DNA from: a virus
IMG/VR virus record: IMGVR_UViG_3300044971_004534
Reading direction: 5' to 3' (one strand)
DNA length: 64,000 nt
The notes beneath the pieces are model-generated. The model ran no database searches. It was not told the DNA's origin and worked only from the letters and a program-made list of their open reading frames with translations. A program made the translations under genes and the position numbers. Positions 10,153 through 19,725 of the stretch are shown piece after piece (positions within the stretch are counted from its first letter, which is position 1; each line of letters opens with the position of its first letter).

Positions 10153-10872
10153 ATGACACATATACCCACACAGCCTCCAGAATGGTATGAGCATCCGCAG
10201 ATCAAATACATGAAAAATATTGATCGAAATCTTTCCAGTATAGATCAATTTTATGCAGTAAAATCTTTTGACTGGTCTGGAGAAAGAGTGCAAGTAGATT
10301 TGTTTTGCGAATTATTAAAAACTATAAAAAGTGACGTACCAAGTATGATTGAACTTGGAAGTGCTGGTGTTGGAGGCTCTTTTTATTCTGTTTTATTTGA
10401 AAAATGGTTTGATAAAAAGTGTATGATTATTAATGTAGATCCAAGAAAAGAAATGTTAGAAGAAGTAAAAACTTATTGGAAAGATTTGCATTTAACGCAA
10501 GCAAAATTTTATCATGGATATGTGGGTGTTCCAAAGCACTACCAAGCTTTGCCAGACTTTAAGACTGATCAAACGCCATTTTTGAAAATAAATAATATGT
10601 TTGAAGAAAATAAAATAACCAAGTTAGACATACTTCATGCCGACATTCAAGGATCAGAGATCTCGGTATGCGAAGAGATGAAGTCTGATGGACTACTTGA
10701 TAGGGTTAGGTATTTTTTTATAAGCACTCATTCAGGAGAGGGCATAAACACATACTATCCTTGTATGGATATTTTTTCTTCAAGCTTAAATTGTAAATTT
10801 CACTTTTCTGATCCATTGAATGGTGGATGGGGTGATGGCTTAATAGTTGTTGAAAATTTGTCATGGGAGTAA
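10153..10872 (+). CDS. possible FkbM-like methyltransferase
   Basis: 'MIELGSAGVGGSFY' and 'LHADIQGSE' loosely FkbM-like; followed by two clearer FkbM-like genes. Confidence 0.4.
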   Translation: MTHIPTQPPEWYEHPQIKYMKNIDRNLSSIDQFYAVKSFDWSGERVQVDLFCELLKTIKSDVPSMIELGSAGVGGSFYSVLFEKWFDKKCMIINVDPRKEMLEEVKTYWKDLHLTQAKFYHGYVGVPKHYQALPDFKTDQTPFLKINNMFEENKITKLDILHADIQGSEISVCEEMKSDGLLDRVRYFFISTHSGEGINTYYPCMDIFSSSLNCKFHFSDPLNGGWGDGLIVVENLSWE

Positions 10873-10875
10873 AGA

Positions 10876-11484
10876 ATGAAAAAAGAAACTTTAGATTTAT
10901 GGTATAAAAATAATGACGTTCATGATTTTCTACATGTTCATGATTTGTCTCGTGAAAGTTTGATAGTCGATATCGGCAGCTACAAGGGTAGTTGGCTTCA
11001 CCATATGAATAAACTCTATGGCTGTAAGTGCATAGGAGTAGAACCTGTCACTGATTATTTTAAAGAATCTTTAAAATTAGAATTTAACAACAAATGTGAA
11101 ATTCATGATTTTGGTTTAACAGTAGATGCTTCTGATAAGGTAAGAATGTCTTTTGACGAAGATGCATCTTCTATGGTAAAAGAGATTGATTTGAAGAAAA
11201 GCGTTGTTGTTAACACTGTAAATGCAAAAGAGTTTTTTCAAAGAATTCAAGAGCCAATAGACGTTTTACAAATCAATGCAGAAGGGCTAGAGTATTCTCT
11301 TATCCCATACATGCATGAAAATAATCTATTTGCTCCCGTAAAATTTGTGCAAATTCAGTTTCATGACATAAGTCCCGATTGTCAAAGATCCATGTATGCT
11401 TGTATAGATTTGGTAGAAAAAAGTGGATTTAATACGAAGTTTGAATATCCATTTGTTTGGTATGGTGCAGAAAGGAAGAAGTGA
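10876..11484 (+). CDS. FkbM family methyltransferase
   Basis: 'VDIGSYKGSW' and 'LQINAEGLEYSLI' motifs. Confidence 0.55.
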   Translation: MKKETLDLWYKNNDVHDFLHVHDLSRESLIVDIGSYKGSWLHHMNKLYGCKCIGVEPVTDYFKESLKLEFNNKCEIHDFGLTVDASDKVRMSFDEDASSMVKEIDLKKSVVVNTVNAKEFFQRIQEPIDVLQINAEGLEYSLIPYMHENNLFAPVKFVQIQFHDISPDCQRSMYACIDLVEKSGFNTKFEYPFVWYGAERKK

Positions 11485-11984
11485 TGCAATCTTATTCTCA
11501 ATCTGGTCAAGACGGTTATGCTTTAGAAAAATCTGGCGGTAAAACAAACGGTTTTTATATAGAAATAGGAGCTCATCATCCAATTGAAAATAGTAATTCT
11601 TTGATGCTTGAGAGACTTGGATGGAATGGTATAAGCTTTGAAATATCAGATATTTCAGCTTCTTGGGAAGCTCATAGAAAAAATAAAATTATTATATGTG
11701 ATGCAACAGATTATGATTTTGTGAGCTGTTTTTTATCTAATAATGTTCCACAAGAAATAGATTATTTATCTTTAGATATTGACGGAGCAACTTTAGATTG
11801 TTTAAAAAAACTACCTTTACACTCTTATGTTTTTAAAGCAATAACTATAGAGCACGACGAATATCATAGAGGTAGTGATGTCAAAAACGCAATGAGAGAA
11901 ATACTTAACTCACACGGATATGTTTTAGATAGGCCTGATGTTGCAAATAATGGATTTGTGTATGAAGACTGGTGGATTCATTAA
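11484..11984 (+). CDS. FkbM-like methyltransferase
   Basis: ATG 11484 forms an ATGA overlap with the upstream stop (track ORF begins 11457); 'YSQSGQDGYA', 'GFYIEIGAHHP', 'LSLDIDGATLDCL'. Confidence 0.5.
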   Translation: MQSYSQSGQDGYALEKSGGKTNGFYIEIGAHHPIENSNSLMLERLGWNGISFEISDISASWEAHRKNKIIICDATDYDFVSCFLSNNVPQEIDYLSLDIDGATLDCLKKLPLHSYVFKAITIEHDEYHRGSDVKNAMREILNSHGYVLDRPDVANNGFVYEDWWIH

Positions 11985-12760
11985 ACTCTAATCCATCTTG
12001 ATGGACATAAGTCTTTAGTGCATTCATCATGGTTGGGATGTACATCTCTGTGTGGCCATCTGTTGCCAAACCAGTTTTGTGGATAAAATACCTTTTCAGC
12101 TCTTCCTAGCCATGATGCCCACCAGCTAAAACTACTATTTGCCATTATGACATTTTTGCATTTTGACATTAGATACATAGAGGGTAGTGGGGGAAGATCG
12201 ACCATGGTGTAATCTCTTCCGCTAAAAACGTTTCTACACCATCCTAGATCATCAGAAAATACCAAGACTCTACCTATTTCTCCCATTTTTGACAAGCACA
12301 TATCGTAATGGTCTAGTCCGTATTGAGGGTATACGTCTGGATATTTTAAATAGTCTGTTCTTCTTATATGTATTGCGGTATTTAAATTACCATCCAAAAA
12401 ACATTTATATTTACCATCATAAAGCTTTTTCGTAGCCTCTACAGTATTTGTGTCAAATGAAAAGCATCTTCTGACTTCATCTTCTGCAGATAAAAAGTAT
12501 TTTTCTGATTGAAAATATCCGTCTAAATGCGTATTGTCTGCAAGACTTTCAATGCCACTATCATAATTAAATCTTCTCTCCACAAAAGACTTAGAACATC
12601 TTTTTTGTATTTTAGAAACGCCCTTGAGCTTTAACCCATGTAAGTGGCTATCATCTCCTACATAATATGGCTGTACTCCAAGTCTTTTTGCAACTGCTAT
12701 TGCAGTTGCAATTTGGAACATATTGTTACCCGTTCTCCCGTAAAGTTCTACTGTTATCAT
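11981..12760 (-). CDS. GT11 alpha-1,2-fucosyltransferase
   Basis: 'GRTGNNMFQIATAIAVAKRLG', 'AIHIRRTDY', 'VFSDDLGWC' = GT11 motifs. Confidence 0.75.
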   Translation of the reverse strand: MITVELYGRTGNNMFQIATAIAVAKRLGVQPYYVGDDSHLHGLKLKGVSKIQKRCSKSFVERRFNYDSGIESLADNTHLDGYFQSEKYFLSAEDEVRRCFSFDTNTVEATKKLYDGKYKCFLDGNLNTAIHIRRTDYLKYPDVYPQYGLDHYDMCLSKMGEIGRVLVFSDDLGWCRNVFSGRDYTMVDLPPLPSMYLMSKCKNVIMANSSFSWWASWLGRAEKVFYPQNWFGNRWPHRDVHPNHDECTKDLCPSRWIRV

Positions 12761-13542
12761 CTGAACATTTTCTCCACTATTTGATGTATGCCATCTGGTG
12801 ATTTGAAGTTTAAATTTTGAGCAATTTGTATGTTTTTTATAACAGCATGCTTTCTGCTCTCATATTCTTGCTCAAAATTAAAGCCGTTTTTTATGTGCAT
12901 AAAGTCTTTTAGCCATATTATGCCTGCTGGTTCAAAAATATTATATACTTTTTTTGTACCCCAATATATTGGTATTGTGCCAGTTAAAAAACAGTCTAAA
13001 ATCTTTTCTGTAAAGTATGTATCTATGCAGCTATTCTCCATGGCAACTGAAAATCTATAATCTCTAAGTCCATCTATTTTTGCATTTAACGAGTTTGGTC
13101 TACCGTGACCATAAAGATCTACTGATGAACTAAGCTCATTGGCAATATCTTGTCTGTATTGGTGTCCAGAGCACATCACCTTAGAAGAAGCAATCATACT
13201 TATGTTTTTTGTTTTTTCATATATGCGTTGATCATCTTTTTCTATCCATGCAGGCACGCATGGATGTATTTGTATTAAATGATTTTTAATATTCAATTTA
13301 TCGCAATGTGATATTACTGCATCATATGGTACTTTTCTGTGCTCTACAGCATTGTATATGTCTGGCTCTATTGCTCTTGGCTCAAGTAACCAAAGAGCCT
13401 TTTTTGCTTGCTGGTTAAATTTATTAATTCTATTTACAGATACTATTAAATTGGCATCATCGGGGCTAGAATTTATCCAGTTATGATGTTCTAGGGGCTG
13501 TAGAAAATAGTCCCAATCTATGAATACTTTAACTTTGCTCAT
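12757..13542 (-). CDS. GT10 alpha-1,3/4-fucosyltransferase
   Basis: 'YRFSVAMENSCIDTYFTEKILDCFLTGTIPIYWG' strong GT10 signature. Confidence 0.7.
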   Translation of the reverse strand: MSKVKVFIDWDYFLQPLEHHNWINSSPDDANLIVSVNRINKFNQQAKKALWLLEPRAIEPDIYNAVEHRKVPYDAVISHCDKLNIKNHLIQIHPCVPAWIEKDDQRIYEKTKNISMIASSKVMCSGHQYRQDIANELSSSVDLYGHGRPNSLNAKIDGLRDYRFSVAMENSCIDTYFTEKILDCFLTGTIPIYWGTKKVYNIFEPAGIIWLKDFMHIKNGFNFEQEYESRKHAVIKNIQIAQNLNFKSPDGIHQIVEKMFR

Positions 13543-14153
13543 TTTAAGAAATCGTACTTTCTATGTCCACCTTCAATGTCAGACCAGCCTTCTCTCTGCC
13601 ATGCTAAGTGGTGGCAAAATCCATAGCACGGAATTCTTTTTTGTATTTTATGAAGATGTACATCTGCTGGCAAGTTAAATATGTTACTATCAGAAAACTG
13701 CTCCATGAGCGTGTTGACTGCATTTTGATTTATAGCGTAACAATGAGTTGTAAAGGTCTTTCTTAATTTATGTACATGCTCATTTATTTTTTTAGGTGGC
13801 TCATTATGAGAGCCCCCGAAAAACAGCAAGTTCCAATCTTCTGGTACATTTTTGTAGTATTTTGAAAAAAGTTCTTTGAATCTTGGATGAAATTCTATGT
13901 CGTCTTCAAGAACTAAAACTTTTTGCAAACTTCTATCATGAAACATTTTTTCATATATTTTTTTGTGCGACAGACAGCATCCAGCAGCCCCTGGCTTAAG
14001 TCCTTTTGTGTCTGCGACCATAGAACCATCAACAGCTTCTAAAAACTCTACATTCATTCCGTGTTTGCGAAATATTTGCTCACACTCTGATTTTCTATCA
14101 GTCCTGCGTGCTAAATTTATGCAATATATTTTATTAAAATCTGAAATTTCCAT
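13539..14153 (-). CDS. GT25 glycosyltransferase (LOS/LPS galactosyltransferase-like)
   Basis: 'IYCINLARRTDR', 'GAAGCCLSHKKIY', 'VLVLEDDIEF'. Confidence 0.75.
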   Translation of the reverse strand: MEISDFNKIYCINLARRTDRKSECEQIFRKHGMNVEFLEAVDGSMVADTKGLKPGAAGCCLSHKKIYEKMFHDRSLQKVLVLEDDIEFHPRFKELFSKYYKNVPEDWNLLFFGGSHNEPPKKINEHVHKLRKTFTTHCYAINQNAVNTLMEQFSDSNIFNLPADVHLHKIQKRIPCYGFCHHLAWQREGWSDIEGGHRKYDFLK

Positions 14154-14158
14154 ATCGT

Positions 14159-15127
14159 TTATTGTATTTTATGAGAATTTGCTCCATGAAATTCTAAAAC
14201 TTTTTGTTCTTGGACTTTTAAAAATTCTTCAAACATCTTGACTAACTTTCTTTTGTCATTTAAGTTTAAGTGTATAAAATAGTTTCTAGTTTTTAAGCCT
14301 TTATTCCTAACCGGGAGCGGGGTAGCTTTTTCATTGCTTGGATGCCAAAAGTGAAACATTTCAATAGGTGGATTATTGCAGCCATAAAATTTAGTAAATA
14401 ACTCTATTTTATCAACAAAAAATTGATCTTCAATAGAGTAAGCCCAAAAATAGTATGGATCAAATCCTCCAATATTATTAAACAAATCTCTTTTAATTAC
14501 AAGAGATCCACCTGGAGCACCAGGTTTTCCCTGATGAAATGAATTTGGTTGAGAAATTGCTTGTTCTATAGTCATCTGACCAGAAAATATTTTGTTTGTT
14601 ATATCTTCATTTAAATAGTTAACTCTTCTGCCATTAAATGATTGTGCAACTTCTCTACCCTTCATATTGTGTCTTAATTCTGACCAAAAATTATTGGGAA
14701 TCCAAAGATCAACATCATGAAAATGTACATATTTGGAATCATGAATAAAGCTGCCAATATTCATGCTCAAGCATTTATTAAATAAATCTTTTTCTTTGGG
14801 TATAAAAACATAGTCAACATCATTTTCAGAACACATGTCAAGAGCTTCTTTACTATCTCCGTGTTCTACAACAACTAGTCTATGAGAGTTTTCGCTATTC
14901 TTTACTGAATTCTTCCAGCTTTGCATCACATTATGTAAATGCTTTTGTCTGCCACATTTTGGAATTACAGTCAAAAAATCATAATATGATCTTGGAGCGC
15001 ATTTGTACCTGCATCTTTCAATTCTTTCAAGAACGTTGCTTTTATTTCCAATAAAATTGTCTAATAAAAATTGTATGTTCATATTTTGTATATCGTCATT
15101 GTAAAAATAACCGCTGCCTTGCGGCAA
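14159..15127 (-). CDS. GT2/GT7-like glycosyltransferase
   Basis: 'FHDVDLW' DxD and 'GGSLVIKRDLFNNIGGFDPYYFWAYSIEDQFF' like the C-terminal region of galactosyltransferase-type enzymes. Confidence 0.55.
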   Translation of the reverse strand: MPQGSGYFYNDDIQNMNIQFLLDNFIGNKSNVLERIERCRYKCAPRSYYDFLTVIPKCGRQKHLHNVMQSWKNSVKNSENSHRLVVVEHGDSKEALDMCSENDVDYVFIPKEKDLFNKCLSMNIGSFIHDSKYVHFHDVDLWIPNNFWSELRHNMKGREVAQSFNGRRVNYLNEDITNKIFSGQMTIEQAISQPNSFHQGKPGAPGGSLVIKRDLFNNIGGFDPYYFWAYSIEDQFFVDKIELFTKFYGCNNPPIEMFHFWHPSNEKATPLPVRNKGLKTRNYFIHLNLNDKRKLVKMFEEFLKVQEQKVLEFHGANSHKIQ

Positions 15128-15208
15128 CGGATAAAAAGGGGTAGGGGGCGAAAATTTGACAAGATGTTACGCCCATAGCATCTTGGTTAGTAGAGTCAGC
15201 TGCAGGAA

Positions 15209-16021
15209 TCACGAGTACTTTCTGTCTGGATTCCTCTTCATGATCTCTCTGCCCATACTTACAAGCGCATTTTTACTTCTCATAGCATGCACGATAGCAG
15301 GATCTACAACTGACTCTTTGTGAGTCATATATTCAACAAATTTCCACGGCATACCTTGTGGTATTTTATCTTTTAAGGCCCCGGTCCATTCACTTGCCCA
15401 TATGTCCATGTATTTTTTGTGAAGCCTATTTTCATAATACATACTGAACATATGAGATAGTATCCCTATCGGAACCTCTTCTGGTAAATTAAGGCCCAAT
15501 CTTCCTTGATATTGTCTAAAATTATTGACGACCAATCTGGCTTGTTTGGCAAATTGTTTTTTACATATCCAGAATCCACCATTTGTATTGTACATCGTTT
15601 TTTGCGTAACTCCAAAGTTCTTCCACATATTGGTCATATTGTCATTTTTTACACCCCACCAGTCTCCTCTCATGGTTGATGAATCGTTAAGTGGACTTTC
15701 TAAGAAGCTGTGCCATAAGTCATCACCAATAATGTCTGAAAAATCCAGTCTAGGTTTTCTTACGAAATAATGGTCACTATCTATAAATACAAAAATATCA
15801 TAATCTAGCTCTGCTACCTTAACAAGATAGTCAAACTTCCAGTATTGTGTTTGATCCATGTTTATGTCTTTAATCATTGCTTTTGATTTACATCCATGAA
15901 GTGGTTCATCACAGTAGACCAGTACATCATGCTCTATACCACAGTTTCTCATGCTTTGAACGAGAGACTGAAGCATGTAGCGATATTCTCCCCACGCTAC
16001 TGACCATATTAAAGTTTTCAT
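15209..16021 (-). CDS. putative nucleotide-sugar transferase
   Basis: 270-aa ORF in the glycosyltransferase operon; 'VFIDSDHYF' DxD-like motif only. Confidence 0.35.
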   Translation of the reverse strand: MKTLIWSVAWGEYRYMLQSLVQSMRNCGIEHDVLVYCDEPLHGCKSKAMIKDINMDQTQYWKFDYLVKVAELDYDIFVFIDSDHYFVRKPRLDFSDIIGDDLWHSFLESPLNDSSTMRGDWWGVKNDNMTNMWKNFGVTQKTMYNTNGGFWICKKQFAKQARLVVNNFRQYQGRLGLNLPEEVPIGILSHMFSMYYENRLHKKYMDIWASEWTGALKDKIPQGMPWKFVEYMTHKESVVDPAIVHAMRSKNALVSMGREIMKRNPDRKYS

Positions 16022-17073
16022 GATTTCACCTCTATATTCTGATTCGCAAGTGCAAGCAAATTACTCCATTTGGCAAGAGCCTTTTCTTTGTTGCACCACA
16101 CGTCTTTTGCATACTCACTGGCCTTTTTCCCCATAGCAATTCTTTTGTCGTAGTCGCATATTTCTTTGGCGTAAACTCTTGCTTCCTCTAAATTATTCCA
16201 CAGGAACCCGCATTCTTTGTCAATTATCATATTAGGAAAATTCCATTTATATGGAGCAATTACTGGCGCTCCAGTAAGCTGACTTTCCATAATCGCCCTA
16301 CTTTGATTCTCAATAAATTTAAAATTGCAATTATATAAAAATACATCTAGGTCTGCAAACCATTCTTGAGTAGGCATGGCATTGGATGCATATAGTCTCC
16401 ATTTTGAATTAAAATTATGCCAGTTGTAAATTTCGGACAACTTGTCTGACCATCCAAGAATAGAAAATTCGCATTCTACACCATCACAAACTTGTTCATA
16501 AAAAATGGGGAAGTTGTCTCCAAATTTCATAGGATCATCCCTAGATACTTTGCCAAAGACTGTTTTGTTTCTGCGTTCTCTTTTTGTAAACGGCCACATA
16601 TCTGCTTCAAAATAATTTTCTATAATGAATGTTTTTTGCAACTTGTTTTGTGCTGACACATCTTTGTGCATAACAGATCTGTGAAAGGGAGAAGTGTAAG
16701 CAACAACATCTATTTGATTTTTTTTGATTGCATTTAGTTCTTCTGGAGTATGCCACATCATGTCGTTGGACCATATCATTTTAAGTCCAGATTCTTTGAT
16801 AAAGTTTATTTTCTGAAAGTCTGAGAAAATTCTGAAATTGCAATTAGCATAAGCAAATCCTTGCATCTTTTTTGGCAAATCACTCATCAGACAATACTTT
16901 ATCCCCAACTTGTCTAAAAAATCAGTATTATGCTTTTCTCTCAATCGGAATTCATCATTTGGCACACATGTTATATTGTGTGTATCTTTCAGCAATACAA
17001 GAAGTTCTTTCAGTCTTGTGTCTGCACCACCAAGATCAGATATCCACTGGAATACATATAAATTGTCTTTCAT
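16018..17073 (-). CDS. GT-B fold (GT4-like) glycosyltransferase
   Basis: 'GGADTRLKELL' near the N-terminus and 'ENQSRAIMESQLTGAPVIA' E-x7-E-like motif. Confidence 0.5.
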   Translation of the reverse strand: MKDNLYVFQWISDLGGADTRLKELLVLLKDTHNITCVPNDEFRLREKHNTDFLDKLGIKYCLMSDLPKKMQGFAYANCNFRIFSDFQKINFIKESGLKMIWSNDMMWHTPEELNAIKKNQIDVVAYTSPFHRSVMHKDVSAQNKLQKTFIIENYFEADMWPFTKRERRNKTVFGKVSRDDPMKFGDNFPIFYEQVCDGVECEFSILGWSDKLSEIYNWHNFNSKWRLYASNAMPTQEWFADLDVFLYNCNFKFIENQSRAIMESQLTGAPVIAPYKWNFPNMIIDKECGFLWNNLEEARVYAKEICDYDKRIAMGKKASEYAKDVWCNKEKALAKWSNLLALANQNIEVKS

Positions 17074-17126
17074 GTACTATTTATCGGTTTCTAGGTAAAT
17101 GTTTTAATTGGTCGAAGTAATGTTAT

Positions 17127-17789
17127 ATGGAAAATCATATTACATTTACAACAACGGCGATGGCGCGTCCAGAAATATTGGAGCAAACATATAGTAATTT
17201 TCAAGTTTGCTTAGATGTAGATATGAAAGAGTACAATTTAAGAATAAACATTGACCCGTTGCCAAAGGCAAGAAAAGTTGATCAAGTAGTAAATGTCGCA
17301 AAAAAGTTTTTTAAACATGTTGATTTTAATATTTCAGCAAATGCAAATTTCCCTAGTGCAGTTAAGTGGTGCTGGAGCGAATTGAGCACAAAGTATGTAT
17401 TTCATCTTGAGGATGACTGGGAGCTTACTAGGCGCATCTTGTTGTCAGATTTATACAATATGTTAGAAAACGCTCCAGAAATGAATCAAGTTCTACTTCG
17501 ACCATACCACGAAACTCACAAGGTAAGTTTAGTTCCTGGTTTATTAAGAAGTGATGTGGCTATGTTTCTATCTAGACATATGATTCTAAATAAAAATCCT
17601 GAAAAACAAATTCATTCAAATGAACACTGCGGAAAAGACGGAGACCCTGGATTTGATGCGAACAAAGTAATAGTGTATCCAGAAGACGTATGTTTAAGAG
17701 ACATTGGCAGAGTATGGATAAAGTCTCAGCCAGTTATTCGTCCTGGACCTGACTTTATATCTTGGGAAAAGAAAAAAGACATTTACTGA
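17127..17789 (+). CDS. hypothetical protein (possibly glycan-related)
   Basis: 220-aa ORF divergent from 16018-17073; only 'HLEDDWEL' acidic motif noted. Confidence 0.45.
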   Translation: MENHITFTTTAMARPEILEQTYSNFQVCLDVDMKEYNLRINIDPLPKARKVDQVVNVAKKFFKHVDFNISANANFPSAVKWCWSELSTKYVFHLEDDWELTRRILLSDLYNMLENAPEMNQVLLRPYHETHKVSLVPGLLRSDVAMFLSRHMILNKNPEKQIHSNEHCGKDGDPGFDANKVIVYPEDVCLRDIGRVWIKSQPVIRPGPDFISWEKKKDIY

Positions 17790-18793
17790 ACAACTTCAGA
17801 TGTTGACACGTTTTCTTTATGTCCAGAAAACTGAATGTTTACCAATTCTGTTCTTTCTCTTATAGCGTCATCTACAAATCTTTGCATGTCATATAGAGTT
17901 GCAAAATCAACTAGATTGCCGTCAAGTATGACCTTAAATACACCCACTGACTGGAGAACGTCACACTTGTTGATGACTAAATCTGTGCATCCAGAAATAC
18001 GGATAGACTCAATGAGCTTGTCAATATTTAACCAATTGACCATTCTTTTTCTGCCAGTAGTAGATCCAAATTCTTCTCCAGCACTGATAATTTTATCAAG
18101 CACCTTATCTTCCCACAAAGACTCAGGGAATAATGGATCTACTCCACTTTTAGTGTCGTATATTTTAGCAACTCCAATAAGTCGTCTAATTTTTTGTGGA
18201 GAAAAGCCAAGAGAGCATGCGCCATAAGGCATGGTTGTGCTGCTTGTAACGAAGGGATAGCAGCCATGATCTATATCGAGCCATACACTTTGAGCGCCTT
18301 CGCATAAAACTTTACCTTCAAGTACTCCATCCCAGATATATTCTTTTGGTAAAAAGTCTTTTACTCTAAGTCCTTTGCGAAGCATTTTGTCTGCGTAGCA
18401 CGGAGCTATTCCCTGACCTGTAGTGCCAAGGCTCTTTTTTAGATTATTTAAATCGAAGGAAATGTGCTCTTCCGTTATGACATGTGCATTTGGAGAAACT
18501 TTAACAAGCGAAGTATTAAAACCGGCTTCATTGAGATAATTAATTTCATCAAAAAATTTCTTTACATTAATTACACATCCAGGGCCTATGATACACTTCT
18601 TGTTCTTGAAAATACCAGAAGGTATCATATGGGTTTTATATTTTTTATCATTGACGTACACCGTATGCCCAGCATTTGGACCACCATTCCATCTGCATAC
18701 GCAATCATATTTGTCCGCAAGTGCATTTGCTATCTTTCCTTTTCCTTCATCTCCCCATGATAGTCCATAAATAACGTCAACAAATTTGATCAT
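17783..18793 (-). CDS. short-form adenylosuccinate synthetase homologue (PurA or PurZ-like)
   Basis: 336 aa; 'WGDEGKGK', 'GGPNAGHT', 'GTTGQGIAPCYADK', 'EGAQSVWLDIDHGCYPFVTSS', 'GSTTGRKR' are PurA-family motifs; about 100 aa shorter than bacterial PurA. Confidence 0.85.
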   Translation of the reverse strand: MIKFVDVIYGLSWGDEGKGKIANALADKYDCVCRWNGGPNAGHTVYVNDKKYKTHMIPSGIFKNKKCIIGPGCVINVKKFFDEINYLNEAGFNTSLVKVSPNAHVITEEHISFDLNNLKKSLGTTGQGIAPCYADKMLRKGLRVKDFLPKEYIWDGVLEGKVLCEGAQSVWLDIDHGCYPFVTSSTTMPYGACSLGFSPQKIRRLIGVAKIYDTKSGVDPLFPESLWEDKVLDKIISAGEEFGSTTGRKRMVNWLNIDKLIESIRISGCTDLVINKCDVLQSVGVFKVILDGNLVDFATLYDMQRFVDDAIRERTELVNIQFSGHKENVSTSEVVQ

Positions 18794-18897
18794 CTCGAAC
18801 CTTTCTTAAACATTTTGTATATGAACTTAAAAGACATGTGCCCAATTGCAAATGCAACGGCTAAAACGGTGATCATTGTCCATGTGTTATCGCTCAT
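18790..18897 (-). CDS. small membrane protein (35 aa)
   Basis: Sub-threshold ORF 'MSDNTWTMITVLAVAFAIGHMSFKFIYKMFKKGSR' whose stop overlaps the downstream start (ATGA); one hydrophobic helix. Confidence 0.3.
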   Translation of the reverse strand: MSDNTWTMITVLAVAFAIGHMSFKFIYKMFKKGSR

Positions 18898-18901
18898 AAA
18901 A

Positions 18902-18974
18902 CTCTCCGAACTGGGATCGAACCAGTGACATGCGAGTTAACAGCTCGCCGCTCTACCTGCTGAGCTATCGGAGA
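18902..18974 (-). tRNA. tRNA-Asn (anticodon GTT)
   Basis: Folds by hand into a cloverleaf: acceptor TCTCCGA/TCGGAGA, anticodon arm GCGAG-CTGTTAA-CTCGC, T-loop TTCGATC. Confidence 0.9.
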
Positions 18975-18978
18975 AAAA

Positions 18979-19068
18979 CGGATAGAGAGGGATTCGAACC
19001 CCCGGATGGTTTCTTGAACCATCGGCGGTTTAGTAAACCGCAGCCTTAAACCACTCGGCCATCTATCC
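18979..19068 (-). tRNA. type II tRNA, Ser-like, apparent anticodon ACT
   Basis: Acceptor GGATAGA/TCTATCC, discriminator G, long variable arm, anticodon arm GCGGT-TTACTAA-ACCGC, T-loop TTCGAAT. Confidence 0.75.
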
Positions 19069-19095
19069 ATGCCATGTATATCGGCTGCAGATCAA

Positions 19096-19623
19096 TCACA
19101 AGCCCGGAGGATTGTATGTTTGTTCGTATTCTTTTTTTGCAATTCTGTAGTATGCGCCTTCGCCCTCTTTTACAAGGTAGTCTCCTGGTTTGAGAATCAT
19201 GTCTTCGCCCCAAGAAGCCTTAAAAGTTACGGGCTCTTTGCCAGTATATTCGGCAACCATGCGTGGATTTTGCTCTGGGACAACATCCTCTCCTATTTTC
19301 CCTTGATACATTTTAGAAAACTTTGCTTGCTTAATTACATACTTTTCAGCACTGGGTCCACTCATCACAATATCGCCATTTTGTGCAGTGTTTTCTGTTT
19401 CCTTGCCGTCTGACGTAACAGTTACCACTTTGAGAGATTCTTGATCATTAACGCCATAGCTCATTGGGGGCATGCCATCAATGGCCCCATTGTTAATCTT
19501 GAAGAAAGAATATCTGCGAGCTTGTTTGCGAGTGGGTAAAAAATCAAGATTTGACGCAACCTCATTGATGCTTATGCCTGTATTTTCTCCGTCTTGCGAT
19601 TGCGATAGTTTGTACCAATTCAT
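19096..19623 (-). CDS. hypothetical protein
   Basis: 175-aa ORF starting 'MNWYKLSQ'; the + strand ORF 19069-19413 is its antisense shadow. Confidence 0.6.
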   Translation of the reverse strand: MNWYKLSQSQDGENTGISINEVASNLDFLPTRKQARRYSFFKINNGAIDGMPPMSYGVNDQESLKVVTVTSDGKETENTAQNGDIVMSGPSAEKYVIKQAKFSKMYQGKIGEDVVPEQNPRMVAEYTGKEPVTFKASWGEDMILKPGDYLVKEGEGAYYRIAKKEYEQTYNPPGL

Positions 19624-19725
19624 GAGTGATCTCCTAAGTAGTAAAAATATTTACAAAATTTTCATTAACTATACCTTGCGACATGTATTACTTAAATATA
19701 TCTCCGAAATATTTTTGGAGGTTTC

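Noticed and set aside
15128-15208. Possible small RNA or tRNA in the 80-bp gap between two GT genes
   Set aside because: No cloverleaf can be drawn. Only a short AAGATG/CATCTT hairpin is present, more likely a terminator or spacer.
18902-19068. tRNA genes as prophage attachment sites or an integrase-linked island
   Set aside because: I recognised no integrase, recombinase or direct-repeat att candidates next to any of the tRNAs.
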